DNA of 34,117 bases from Patescibacteria group bacterium (GCA_015489565.1 WFZM01000004.1:1-34117), one strand, 5' to 3'. Shown: positions 23,126 to 31,853, counted from the stretch's first letter. Translations and numbers: made by a program. Notes: a model not told the origin generated them from the letters alone.

Positions 23126-23300
23126 AATCAAAAAATAAATGTAAATTTACTTGACACTTTTTTGCCACTTTTAGTCCTGCAGAGGCGCCTCAAAAAGGAG
23201 CTTAGAAGTTTTTACTTTTTCTTTTCAATTAACTGCGCTAAGATGCCCGAATATGGGCCAGATAAAAACCCGAAACACATTTTTATATTTTTTTTAATTC

Positions 23301-23328
23301 TTGACCTTGTGGAACAATTTGCTATAAT
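23301..23328 (+). promoter_or_regulatory. promoter (TTGACC-16-TATAAT with TGc), 6 nt before ATG 23335
   Basis: -35 at 23301-23306 and -10 at 23323-23328. The GTG at 23329 listed in the ORF track would lie inside the promoter/TSS window. Confidence 0.6.
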
Positions 23329-23334
23329 GTGGCT

Positions 23335-23658
23335 ATGTCAGTTAAGCACGTCATAGTTATAGGCAAGAAAAAATATGATTATGAATTACAGCCTGCAAGA
23401 CGCTTTACAGTGCTTGTTTTGCGTGAGCTTGGAATAGAAGAGAGGGTGCCCAACGAAGAATTACCTAAAATACTTTTAAAACTTCCGGAAATAATAATGC
23501 GCTCTCGCGAAGACGAAAGCTCCAAGCAAAGCGAGGTGATGCGCTTTAGGGTATCTCCGGAGGAAAAAACTGAAATAGAACGAATGGCTTTTGAAAACGG
23601 TTTTGAGAGTGTCTCGGCATATATCCGAGCGGTTGCTTTGGGTAAGTTCAGAGCTTAG
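23335..23658 (+). CDS. ribbon-helix-helix (MobC/CopG-like) domain protein
   Basis: C-terminal FRVSPEEKTEIERMAFENGFESVSAYIRAVALGK matches the RHH/MobC pattern (beta strand then two helices). ATG 23335 is preferred over GTG 23329. Confidence 0.55.
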   Translation: MSVKHVIVIGKKKYDYELQPARRFTVLVLRELGIEERVPNEELPKILLKLPEIIMRSREDESSKQSEVMRFRVSPEEKTEIERMAFENGFESVSAYIRAVALGKFRA

Positions 23659-23661
23659 TCC

Positions 23662-23708
23662 TGCGCCTTGGCGCGCGCCGACCTTGTGTCGGCGCGCGCC
23701 AAGGCGCA
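23662..23708. repeat. GC-rich perfect palindrome (21-bp arms, 5-nt spacer) between the RHH gene and dnaK
   Basis: TGCGCCTTGGCGCGCGCCGAC-cttgt-GTCGGCGCGCGCCAAGGCGCA. Begins 4 nt after the stop at 23658 and ends 45 nt before the dnaK ATG. No U-tract follows. Confidence 0.9.
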
Positions 23709-23752
23709 AGGTCGCGCCATTAATTAAAAATAATTTTAAGCAAAACTAGGAT

Positions 23753-25678
23753 ATGGGAAAAATATTGGGAATAGACTTGGGAACCACCAACTCAGCTATG
23801 GCTGTGGTTGAGTCCGGTGAACCAAAAATAATAGAAAATACAGAGGGTGCAAGAACCACGCCTTCTATTGTGGCTGTAAACAAAGCCGGTGAGCGCCTGG
23901 TGGGAGTTCTTGCAAAAAGACAAGCGGTAACCAATCCTAAAAATACTATTTTTGGGGTTAAGCGCTATATTGGTCACAAATTCAAAGACGAAGCGGTGCA
24001 ACGGGATTTAAAAACAGTTCCTTATACAATGAAAGAAGCAGACGATGGAGGTGTGTTGATTGAGCTGGAGGGCAAAGACTATCGTCCGGAAGAAATCTCC
24101 GCAATGATACTGCAAAAGCTTAAAAAAGACGCGGAAGAAAAGCTTGGAGAAGAAATTAAAGAGGCTGTTATTACGGTTCCGGCATATTTTAACGACTCGC
24201 AACGCCAAGCAACAAAAGATGCCGGTAAAATCGCCGGCCTTGAAGTAAAGCGCATAATTAACGAGCCGACAGCGGCAGCGCTTGCCTATGGATTTGACAA
24301 GAAAAAAGATGAAAAAATAGTTGTATTTGACTTTGGTGGGGGAACTTTTGATGTTTCTGTCCTTGAAGTTGGAGACGATGTTGTGGAAGTGAAAGCTACA
24401 GATGGAGACTCCCACATGGGTGGCCGCGACATAGACCAAAAAATCGTAAACTGGATTATAGATGAGTTCAAAAAAGAAAACGGTGTAGACCTGTCGCAAG
24501 ACCCGCTTGCGCTTCAAAGAATAGATGAAGCTGCAGAAAAAGCTAAAATAGAGCTTTCAAGCGCAACACAAAGCGAGATAAACATACCGTTTATCACTTC
24601 TGACGAGTCCGGACCTAAGCACTTACTACTTACACTTACAAGAGCAAAACTTGAGGAACTTGCGCGTGAATATGTAGACAGAGCGATAGAAATAACAAAA
24701 GCTGCCGTAGAAGCTTCTCCTTTTGAAATGGGTGATATAAATGAAGTGGTACTTGTAGGAGGTCAAACTCGCATGCCACTTATCATAGAAGAAGTAAAAA
24801 AACTATTTGGCAAAGAGCCTAACAAATCAATCAATCCTGATGAGGTGGTAGCGCTTGGTGCGGCCATACAAGCCGGGATTTTCCAAGGGGATGTGAAGGA
24901 TGTGCTTTTGCTAGATGTGATACCGATATCACTTGGAATAGAAACCATGGGCGGCATTGCAACAAAGCTTATAGACAAAAATACAACGATACCTACAAGC
25001 AAATCGCAAATTTTCTCAACAGCGGTAGATAACCAGCCGTCTGTGGAAATACACGTAGTGCAAGGAGAACGTGAGATGGCTGCTGACAACAAGTCGCTCG
25101 GCCGCTTTATACTTGACGGCATTCCACCTGCGCCTCGTGGTGTTCCTCAGATTGAAGTTACTTTTGACATTGATGCTAACGGTATCTTGACCGTGACTGC
25201 AAAAGATAAACAGACCGGCAAAGAACAATCAATAAAAATAGAAGGTTCTTCAAACTTGTCAGAAGAAGAAATAGAAAAAATGAAACGCGATGCCGAAGAA
25301 CATGCCGAAGAAGACAAGAAAAAGAAAGAGTTTGTGGAGGCGAAAAACATGCTTGAGCAAATGATTTCTGTTACGGAAAAGACTCTCAAAGAAGCAAAGA
25401 ATGTGCCGGACGATGTGAAAAAAGAGGTGGACGAGGCTCTAGAGGAAGCTCGCAAAACCCACAGTGAGTCAAGCGACACATCTGAGATAAAATCTGCAAC
25501 AGATAAGCTTACCCAAACTGCACAAAAGCTCTATCCATACGCTCAAAGTAATTCCCAGACAGATCAGACAAGCTCTACTGAAAGCAGTGCGGACGATGCA
25601 ACTGAAGAAAATAGCGGAGCTGAAAATACCTCAGATATTCACGACACAGAGGCAAAAGAAGCGGATAAAAAAGACTAG
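23753..25678 (+). CDS. dnaK: molecular chaperone DnaK (Hsp70)
   Basis: [17 protein letters not shown]-like [21 protein letters not shown] and the substrate-binding domain. 641 aa with an acidic C-terminal tail. Confidence 0.97.
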   Translation: MGKILGIDLGTTNSAMAVVESGEPKIIENTEGARTTPSIVAVNKAGERLVGVLAKRQAVTNPKNTIFGVKRYIGHKFKDEAVQRDLKTVPYTMKEADDGGVLIELEGKDYRPEEISAMILQKLKKDAEEKLGEEIKEAVITVPAYFNDSQRQATKDAGKIAGLEVKRIINEPTAAALAYGFDKKKDEKIVVFDFGGGTFDVSVLEVGDDVVEVKATDGDSHMGGRDIDQKIVNWIIDEFKKENGVDLSQDPLALQRIDEAAEKAKIELSSATQSEINIPFITSDESGPKHLLLTLTRAKLEELAREYVDRAIEITKAAVEASPFEMGDINEVVLVGGQTRMPLIIEEVKKLFGKEPNKSINPDEVVALGAAIQAGIFQGDVKDVLLLDVIPISLGIETMGGIATKLIDKNTTIPTSKSQIFSTAVDNQPSVEIHVVQGEREMAADNKSLGRFILDGIPPAPRGVPQIEVTFDIDANGILTVTAKDKQTGKEQSIKIEGSSNLSEEEIEKMKRDAEEHAEEDKKKKEFVEAKNMLEQMISVTEKTLKEAKNVPDDVKKEVDEALEEARKTHSESSDTSEIKSATDKLTQTAQKLYPYAQSNSQTDQTSSTESSADDATEENSGAENTSDIHDTEAKEADKKD

Positions 25679-25708
25679 GGGGAGACTGAGAGTCTGCACA
25701 AGGCAGAT

Positions 25709-25745
25709 AAAGCCCGCGCGCCGTCAGGCGCGCGGGCTTTTAGTA
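25709..25745 (+). terminator. terminator after dnaK
   Basis: Perfect 14-bp stem AAAGCCCGCGCGCC / GGCGCGCGGGCTTT with loop GTCA, followed by TTTTAGTATTT. Confidence 0.8.
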
Positions 25746-25759
25746 TTTCAAAACAACGC

Positions 25760-26788
25760 TTAAGACTCAAGTTTAAATCTTATGATAGCGCCCAAGTTCA
25801 TACTTTGCTCACTTATATATTTTTGAAATTCTTTAGCGCTTAAATAGTTTTCCTTATCCCAAGAAAATAAATATTTAATTCCCGAAGCACTTTTTATAAC
25901 ATAAAGCTCTCCCTGAGATTTAATATTTGCCGAGATTGCTCGGGCAGATTCAAAAAGATATACGGAAAAGCTCAGTACACGAGCTTGAGGCTTAAAATTA
26001 AAGTACTGCCCAGCTTTGGCAATCACACCATAATTATCAAGAAAAAGATTTTGTGACCTTTCTTTTTTCTCGCTTTTTCTAGATGCTTTAAGGATGCTAT
26101 TTGATTCCAGCTCAAATCTTTGTATTAAAATTTGCAGACTGGAAATCAAGTTTCTCTCGGTGGGACTAAACTGCTCAAATTGCAATTTCCTGGAGCGAGA
26201 TTTCTCAGATTTAAAACTCGCTGATGACAAACCTAAAAAAGCAGGAGCATCTTCCAGGTCAAGTTTTAAACGTACCAGCAGATAAACTAATACCTTACGC
26301 GCTCTTCTTATAATTTCCCCGCCTGCATGTTTTTTAGAAATTATAGTTTTTTCCACACCGTAGAAGTCAGCCAGATAAGAAAGGATAAATTCCGCAAGCT
26401 CTTTTTTACTTTTCGGGCAAAAGTCAAGTCCCATCAAGGCTACAGCACTTTCATCACGAAAATCTATACAAGCCTTCAGATTCGCTATAAGTTTTTTTTC
26501 ATCACGGTCAAAACTAAGCTTTGCCAAGACTCTTGAAAGGTGGTGAACGCTACTGTGGTCCATATTAAGCTCAGAGGCTATAGACGAGCTTGGCAGCTTT
26601 AAATACTCCTTTGCTAAATAGACAAAAATTTTTTTAGCTCTGACTATCTTGCTTTTTCGCGAACCGTTTGTAAGCTCCATGGGGTGGAAGCTATAAAAAT
26701 CGGCTAAAATTTCTTTTATATGCACTATTGTTTGTTTCAAGCTGGGGGCACTGCTCATTATTTCCCCGGAATAAAGTTCCATGTTCAT
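25760..26788 (-). CDS. protein with two tandem DnaA C-terminal (domain IV)-like HTH modules, no AAA+ domain
   Basis: Module 1: IVHIKEILADFYSFHPMELTNGSRKSKIVRAKKIFVYLAKEYLKLPSSSIASELNMDHSSVHHLSRVLAK. Module 2: ILSYLADFYGVEKTIISKKHAGGEIIRRARKVLVYLLVRLKLDLEDAPAFLGLSSAS. Both follow the DnaA domain IV pattern (R..i..aR.iamYL...l...S...Ig...DHstV). No Walker motifs. Confidence 0.6.
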   Translation of the reverse strand: MNMELYSGEIMSSAPSLKQTIVHIKEILADFYSFHPMELTNGSRKSKIVRAKKIFVYLAKEYLKLPSSSIASELNMDHSSVHHLSRVLAKLSFDRDEKKLIANLKACIDFRDESAVALMGLDFCPKSKKELAEFILSYLADFYGVEKTIISKKHAGGEIIRRARKVLVYLLVRLKLDLEDAPAFLGLSSASFKSEKSRSRKLQFEQFSPTERNLISSLQILIQRFELESNSILKASRKSEKKERSQNLFLDNYGVIAKAGQYFNFKPQARVLSFSVYLFESARAISANIKSQGELYVIKSASGIKYLFSWDKENYLSAKEFQKYISEQSMNLGAIIRFKLES

Positions 26789-26798
26789 AACAATATAA

Positions 26799-26827
26799 AG
26801 AATACAATCTTTTTATATTTCTGTCAA
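26799..26827 (-). promoter_or_regulatory. promoter (TTGACA-17-TATTCT) for the 25760..26788 gene
   Basis: The minus strand reads TTGACA, a 17-nt spacer, then TATTCT. 10 nt to ATG 26788. Confidence 0.5.
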
Positions 26828-26845
26828 GAGGTAAATTGAAAAGAT

Positions 26846-26882
26846 AATAAAGGCGTGCGAGCTCCGCCCGCACGCCTTTATT
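26846..26882. repeat. GC-clamped hairpin (GCGTGC family) between divergent promoters
   Basis: AATAAAGGCGTGCG (26846-26859) pairs with CGCACGCCTTTATT (26869-26882) around a 9-nt loop. A-rich before and T-rich after, so it looks like a bidirectional terminator, but no gene reads into it. Confidence 0.7.
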
Positions 26883-26935
26883 TAAAAGGACTCACAAAAT
26901 CGCCTGCTTGTACATTAACTTAAAATTTTTAAAAT

Positions 26936-26964
26936 TTGACTTTAAAGCTTAATTTTTATATCAT
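26936..26964 (+). promoter_or_regulatory. promoter of the thrS leader (TTGACT-17-TATCAT)
   Basis: -35 at 26936-26941, 17-nt spacer, -10 at 26959-26964. Predicted TSS near 26971. Confidence 0.55.
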
Positions 26965-26970
26965 TTATTT

Positions 26971-27184
26971 AGCTGGAGATTGCCTTGTCTACCAAACAAG
27001 GTCAACTCTTGGGAGTTGAGAGCAATAATAAGTTGCTCCTAATCCGGCATGAAAATGAGTGCTCGAGCTAAACCCTCGAGAAGCTCGGTGGAACCGCGGT
27101 TCAGTTTTTATTTATATTTTGAATCGTCCGAGCAAGTGTGTGTTTGTATCGCTTACATACACTTGCTCGGACGATTTTTGTTTT
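26971..27184 (+). promoter_or_regulatory. T-box riboswitch leader of thrS
   Basis: T-box core GCTCGG-TGGAACC-GCGGTTC at 27083-27102. Contiguous 3' partner GAATCGT-CCGAGC at 27121-27133 (antiterminator A1/A2 with the 7-nt UGGNACC bulge). Competing 18-bp terminator at 27122-27139 / 27159-27176 plus TTTTTGTTTT. Stem III-like hairpin at 27062-27080. ACC-A displayed in a hairpin loop at 26989-26995. Confidence 0.75.
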
Positions 27185-27186
27185 CC

Positions 27187-27239
27187 CCCGGAACTTCATG
27201 ATGGAGCTTCAAGCTCCATCATGAACTTTAAGTTCCGGG
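27187..27239 (+). promoter_or_regulatory. second long hairpin in the thrS leader
   Basis: CCCGGAAC + TTCATGATGGAGC (27187-27207) pairs with GCTCCATCATGAA (27213-27225) and GTTCCGGG (27232-27239), with a 6-nt bulge. No U-tract follows. Confidence 0.7.
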
Positions 27240-27328
27240 ACGGCTTGAAAATAATTTTAATTATATTTTATTTATTATATATTAGTTATTAGTTTTTATT
27301 TATTAGTTATTATTTAATTTATTTGCCT

Positions 27329-29098
27329 ATGCCAAAAGAAGAAAAGCAAAATAACAAATTGTACAAAATTCGCCACACTCTCGCTCATGTTCTTGCAAAG
27401 GCGGTACTTGAGCTTGACCCGGATGCGAAGCTTGCAATAGGTCCTCCGGTAGATAACGGCTTTTACTATGATTTTGAGCTCACAAAGCCACTTGGTGATG
27501 AAGATTTAAAAAAGATAGAAAAACGCATGCGCAAGATAGTCACTGCGGGCTTTGAACCGGAGAAAAAAGTTTATTCTTTTGAAGAAGCAAAGCAAAAGCT
27601 CAAAGGGCAAGAATACAAACTGGAACTTTTGGAGGAATTTCACAATGCAGGGGAAGAGCTGAGTTTTTACAGCATAGCCGACTTTGAAGACCTCTGCGAG
27701 GGACCACATGTTGACTCAAGTAAAGACATAGATCCAAAGAGCTTCAAACTAAACAAGATAGCGGGCGCATACTGGCGCGGTGACGAGAAAAACAAAATGC
27801 TTACTCGCATTTACGGCCTTGCTTTTGAAACAAAAGAAGAGCTTGATGAATACTTGCAAATGCTTGAAGAAGCAAAAAAGCGCGACCACAGAGTGCTGGG
27901 TAAAGAACTTGGACTTTTCACTTTCTCAGATCTTGTCGGTCCGGGGCTCCCTCTTTGGACTCCAAAAGGAACCGTGCTTCGCGAAGAACTGGACAAATTT
28001 GTACAAGAGCTCCGGGCTAAGAAGGGCTACGAGCGAGTAACAATTCCACATCTGGCAAAGGTGGCGCTTTATGAGACTTCCGGACACTGGCAAAAATACA
28101 GTGAAGACCTCTTTAAAGTGCAAGCAAAAGAGGGTGACGATCACGACACTTATGTTCTCAAGCCGATGAACTGCCCACATCACACTCAAATATACGCTTC
28201 AAGCCCTCGTTCTTACAAGGAATTACCAAAACGCTTTGCCGAAACCACAATGGTCTACCGCGCAGAGCAGTCAGGCGAGCTTGCAGGGCTCACAAGAGTG
28301 CTTTCAATCACGCAAGACGATGCACATGTTTTCTGCCGCGAGTCACAAGTAAAAGATGAGATAAGAGCGATTTGGGATATTGTGGATAGATTTTATTCTG
28401 CGTTTGATTTGCCACTTGAGGTTAGTCTTTCTTTCCGCGATATGGAAAATCAAGATAAATACATAGGCGCGCCTGAGCTTTGGGATGCGTCAGAAAACGC
28501 CTTGCTTGAGCTTGCAAAGGAAAGAAATGCGAACTACTTCATTGACCCGGGAGAAGCAGCGTTTTATGGTCCGAAGCTTGACTTTATCGCGCGTGACTCT
28601 ATCGGTCGCAAGCATCAAGTTGCAACCATACAGCTTGACCGCAATCTGCCGGAGCGCTTTGATTTGTCTTGCATTAACGAAGAGGGCGAGAAAGAGCGTA
28701 TAGTGATGATACACGCCGCTATCACCGGCTCTCTTGAGAGATTCTCTGCAATCGCAATAGAGCACTTAGCGGGCAAATTCCCAACTTGGCTTGCGCCGGT
28801 GCAAGTCTATATAGTGCCTATTGCAGATGCACATAGTAATTACGCTCAGAAAGTCTACGGGGTGCTGAAAGAAAAAGGAGTGCGCGCAGAAATCCTAAGT
28901 CCAAAAGAATCCTTGGGCAAACGCATACGAACTTTCAAAAAAGACAAGGTTCCATATGCCCTGGTTCTTGGTGACAAAGAAGCGGGCGAAAATGCCGTAA
29001 CCGCAGAAAGGCGCGATGGCGACAAGCTTGAGATGTCACTTGATGAATTCATTAAACAAATAACAAAAGAAGTAAAAGACAGAGAATTTACTGCTTAA
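27329..29098 (+). CDS. thrS: threonine--tRNA ligase (lacks the N-terminal TGS domain)
   Basis: Starts in the editing (N2) domain at the HxxxH motif (IRHTLAHVLAKAV). Class II core (KPMNCPHHTQIY, YRAEQSGELAGLTRV, FTQDDAH-like ITQDDAHVFC) and anticodon-binding domain. ATG 27329 is preferred over TTG 27323. Confidence 0.93.
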   Translation: MPKEEKQNNKLYKIRHTLAHVLAKAVLELDPDAKLAIGPPVDNGFYYDFELTKPLGDEDLKKIEKRMRKIVTAGFEPEKKVYSFEEAKQKLKGQEYKLELLEEFHNAGEELSFYSIADFEDLCEGPHVDSSKDIDPKSFKLNKIAGAYWRGDEKNKMLTRIYGLAFETKEELDEYLQMLEEAKKRDHRVLGKELGLFTFSDLVGPGLPLWTPKGTVLREELDKFVQELRAKKGYERVTIPHLAKVALYETSGHWQKYSEDLFKVQAKEGDDHDTYVLKPMNCPHHTQIYASSPRSYKELPKRFAETTMVYRAEQSGELAGLTRVLSITQDDAHVFCRESQVKDEIRAIWDIVDRFYSAFDLPLEVSLSFRDMENQDKYIGAPELWDASENALLELAKERNANYFIDPGEAAFYGPKLDFIARDSIGRKHQVATIQLDRNLPERFDLSCINEEGEKERIVMIHAAITGSLERFSAIAIEHLAGKFPTWLAPVQVYIVPIADAHSNYAQKVYGVLKEKGVRAEILSPKESLGKRIRTFKKDKVPYALVLGDKEAGENAVTAERRDGDKLEMSLDEFIKQITKEVKDREFTA

Positions 29099-29102
29099 AT
29101 TG

Positions 29103-29111
29103 TGCTAAAAT
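29103..29111 (+). promoter_or_regulatory. extended -10 promoter (TGcTAAAAT), 6 nt before ATG 29118
   Basis: TG at 29103-29104 and TAAAAT at 29106-29111. Lies just after the thrS stop. Confidence 0.5.
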
Positions 29112-29117
29112 AGTAAT

Positions 29118-30353
29118 ATGAAACTATCAGAAGATTTAAAAAGGCGCGGGTTGATTCATAACGCTACGGAAAATATAGAAAAAGTGCTTGACGAAGAAAA
29201 ACCGGTCTTTTATATAGGCGCCGACCCGACAGCTGACTCTTTGCATCTGGGCAATTTACTTGGGCTTATTACCGCAAAAAGGCTGGTCAACGCCGGGCTT
29301 AAAGCGATACTGCTTGTGGGCGGGGGTACGGGAAGAATAGGCGACCCCAAGCCGGACGCAGAAAGAAAATTACTTGATGAAAATACTCTTGAGAAAAATA
29401 TTGAGGCTATATCTCGACAATACAAGCGCATAGTTGATAGCGACTCTGTGCAAATAGTAAATAACTATGAATGGCTGGGGAAATGGAACTTAATAGATTT
29501 TTTGCGTGACATAGGTAAAAACTTCACAGTTAACAATCTCATAAAAAAAGATGCTATAGCCGAGCGTTTAAAAAGCGACATAGGGCTTTCATATACCGAA
29601 TTTGCTTACCCCTTGCTCCAAGCTACTGACTTTTTGGAACTTTATAAAAGATATAACTGCAAACTGCAAATAGGTGGCTCCGACCAGTGGGGCAATATCG
29701 TAGCAGGAGTTGACTTGATACGCAGAAAAGAAGGTTCTGATGTTGCCGCTTTTACTTTCCCTTTGCTTATCGACAAATCATCCGGCAAAAAATTTGGTAA
29801 GTCTGAAGGAAATGCCATATGGCTCTCTGCAGAAAAAACAAGTCCTTATACTTTTTATCAAGCACTTCTAAACAGCAGTGATAAAATGGTGGAAGAGCTT
29901 TTGCTAAAGCTCACTCTGCTTGATGTAGACGAAATAAACAAAATACTCAAAGAGTGGGAAAAAGCTCCACATGAGAGGCTGGCGCAAAAGACTCTTGCCT
30001 TTGAGGTAACTAAAATCGTTCACGGAGAAAATGCGGCCCGGGCTGCGGAAAAAGTAAGCGAAATACTTTTTGGCAAGGAGTTTAAAAAACTAGGCAAAGA
30101 CGAGAAAGAAATGCTTATAAAAGAAGCACCGAGCTTTAGCGCAGAGCAGCTCTCCGGAGATATTGTAGAAGATTTAATAACACTTTCTTTAGCATCATCC
30201 AAGCGCGAAGCTAGAGAATTCTTGGAAAATTCATCCATAAAAGCTTTTGGCAAAAAACTGGGACCAGAGGATTCGCTCACTGAGCTAGATTTTATAGATG
30301 ATATACTTGTGCTTAAAAGAGGCAAGAAAAAAACAGTTGTAATATACAAGTAG
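29118..30353 (+). CDS. tyrS: tyrosine--tRNA ligase
   Basis: HIGH-type motif (ADSLHLGNLLG), KMSKS-type motif (KFGKSEGNAIWL), GGSDQWGNI and a C-terminal S4-like domain. Confidence 0.93.
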   Translation: MKLSEDLKRRGLIHNATENIEKVLDEEKPVFYIGADPTADSLHLGNLLGLITAKRLVNAGLKAILLVGGGTGRIGDPKPDAERKLLDENTLEKNIEAISRQYKRIVDSDSVQIVNNYEWLGKWNLIDFLRDIGKNFTVNNLIKKDAIAERLKSDIGLSYTEFAYPLLQATDFLELYKRYNCKLQIGGSDQWGNIVAGVDLIRRKEGSDVAAFTFPLLIDKSSGKKFGKSEGNAIWLSAEKTSPYTFYQALLNSSDKMVEELLLKLTLLDVDEINKILKEWEKAPHERLAQKTLAFEVTKIVHGENAARAAEKVSEILFGKEFKKLGKDEKEMLIKEAPSFSAEQLSGDIVEDLITLSLASSKREAREFLENSSIKAFGKKLGPEDSLTELDFIDDILVLKRGKKKTVVIYK

Positions 30354-30356
30354 TTT

Positions 30357-30554
30357 ATGACTAAAGAAAGATTTATCGCAAACGCAGGTACTAAGCCCTT
30401 TGAGCCTTGGAAAAATACAGGATACAAAAGCCGCGAGCTAAAACGCCAAGAACGAAAAGAAAAAAGAGCGGTGAGACCTTTAAGTGGTGGAGACTCTCGC
30501 AAACCCGAAAGATACAGTGGAAACAGACCGGGGGGCTTTCCAAATAGCCACTAA
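30357..30554 (+). CDS. hypothetical small basic protein
   Basis: 65-aa ORF starting 3 nt after the tyrS stop. Arg/Lys/Gly/Pro-rich, predicted disordered, no family recognised. Could be noncoding. Confidence 0.3.
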   Translation: MTKERFIANAGTKPFEPWKNTGYKSRELKRQERKEKRAVRPLSGGDSRKPERYSGNRPGGFPNSH

Positions 30555-30667
30555 AACCCCAAAACAAAAACCACTCCACAAGCCTAAGCTCTGCAAACTT
30601 TAAATCTAACAGGCGAGACTTGTTGGATTTTAATTTTTGCTAGGCTTGGTGTATAATTGTGCCTGTT

Positions 30668-31753
30668 ATGGCAAAAGATTACTATGAAATATTAGGTGTA
30701 GATAGAACTGCAAGCCAAGATGAAATAAAAAAGGCGTTTAGAAAACTTGCCCACAAATACCATCCTGACAAACAGGGCGGAGACGAGAAGAAGTTTAAAG
30801 AGATATCAGAAGCTTACGCTGTATTGTCAGATGAGAAGAAGCGTCAGCAATACGATATGTTTGGGCAAGCTGGCACCGGAGCCGGCGGTTTTGACTTTTC
30901 CGGTTTTCAAAACGGGGGATTTGACTTTTCGCAGTTTGGCGGCTTTGGAGGACAAGCCGGGAATGTAGAATTTGACCTTGGAGATATATTTTCGGAATTT
31001 TTTGGAGGAGCGGGGACATCACAAAATAGACGCAAAAAAGGGTCAGACATACAAATAGACCTTGAGATTAGCCTAAAGGATGCCGTTTTCGGCAGCAAAG
31101 AAAAAATACGCTACAGTCATTATGTGAAATGCTCAGAATGCGGAGGAAAGGGTGGTAGTGATTTTAAAAAATGCGATAAATGCTCAGGTACTGGGATTAT
31201 AGAATCTTTACAAAAAAGCTTTTTTGGAAGCTTTAAAACTCAAAAAATCTGCCCTGCCTGTGAAGGAGAAGGGGAGGTTCCAAGTAAAAGCTGCTCCAAA
31301 TGCTCCGGGATAGGAGTGCTAAGAGAGAGCGAAGAGATAGAAATAGAGATCCCGCCGGCATCACAAAATCAGGATATTATAAAAGTCCCGGGCAAAGGAG
31401 AAGCGATAAAAAATGGCGAGCCTGGAGACTTATATATAATTTTACATATAAAAGAAGAGAAAAACTGGTCAAGACAAGGGCAGGATTTGATTACGGAAAT
31501 CAACATAAAGCTGAGCGAGTCACTCCTTGGGGCTGAAAAGGAAATAGAAACTCTGGATGGGAAAAATTTAAAAGTAAAGATACCCACACTTATAAAGCAC
31601 AAAGATATACTGCGCATAAAAGGCAAAGGAGTTCCGCCCAGAGGCTACGGTCGCACGGGTGATTTGCTAATACGAGTAAATATTGACTTGCCGAAAAAAT
31701 TAAGTCGTAAGCAAAAGGCACTTATTGAAGAGTTAAAGGAAAGCGGAATCTGA
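30668..31753 (+). CDS. dnaJ: molecular chaperone DnaJ
   Basis: J domain (KDYYEILGV ... KYHPDK), G/F-rich linker, four CxxCxGxG zinc-finger repeats, C-terminal domains. ATG 30668 (MAKDYY) is preferred over GTG 30659. Confidence 0.93.
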   Translation: MAKDYYEILGVDRTASQDEIKKAFRKLAHKYHPDKQGGDEKKFKEISEAYAVLSDEKKRQQYDMFGQAGTGAGGFDFSGFQNGGFDFSQFGGFGGQAGNVEFDLGDIFSEFFGGAGTSQNRRKKGSDIQIDLEISLKDAVFGSKEKIRYSHYVKCSECGGKGGSDFKKCDKCSGTGIIESLQKSFFGSFKTQKICPACEGEGEVPSKSCSKCSGIGVLRESEEIEIEIPPASQNQDIIKVPGKGEAIKNGEPGDLYIILHIKEEKNWSRQGQDLITEINIKLSESLLGAEKEIETLDGKNLKVKIPTLIKHKDILRIKGKGVPPRGYGRTGDLLIRVNIDLPKKLSRKQKALIEELKESGI

Positions 31754-31822
31754 TAAATAATTAAGCTTAAAAAATTTGATTGAACTTTTAAAGGTCAAAA
31801 CAAAAGAGGCGGACAAGTGGCC

Positions 31823-31853
31823 GCGTGCAAATCGGCAAAGCCGATTTGCACGC
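31823..31853. repeat. GC-clamped hairpin (GCGTGC family) after dnaJ
   Basis: GCGTGCAAATCGGC-AAA-GCCGATTTGCACGC, a perfect 14-bp stem. No U-tract on either side. Confidence 0.75.

Noticed and set aside
23162-23356. 64-aa ORF (TTG start) spanning the intergenic region upstream of the RHH gene
   Set aside because: It has a non-ATG start and a Phe/Leu-rich nonsense-like translation. It runs through the TTGACC-16-TATAAT promoter and into the RHH coding frame, so it is judged spurious.
21445-23752. CIRCE / HrcA-type heat-shock operator near grpE, dnaK or dnaJ
   Set aside because: No TTAGCACTC-N9-GAGTGCTAA-like inverted repeat was found upstream of any of the three chaperone genes, and no hrcA-like ORF is present.
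24008-24517. Long antisense ORFs inside housekeeping genes (24008..24517 in dnaK, 20721..21227 opposite the methyltransferase, 30020..30502 opposite tyrS, 10837..11340 opposite the FecR-domain gene, and others)
   Set aside because: Each is fully embedded antisense or out of frame within a confidently identified gene. They have low-complexity, unrecognisable translations and no promoter signal, so they are typical shadow ORFs.
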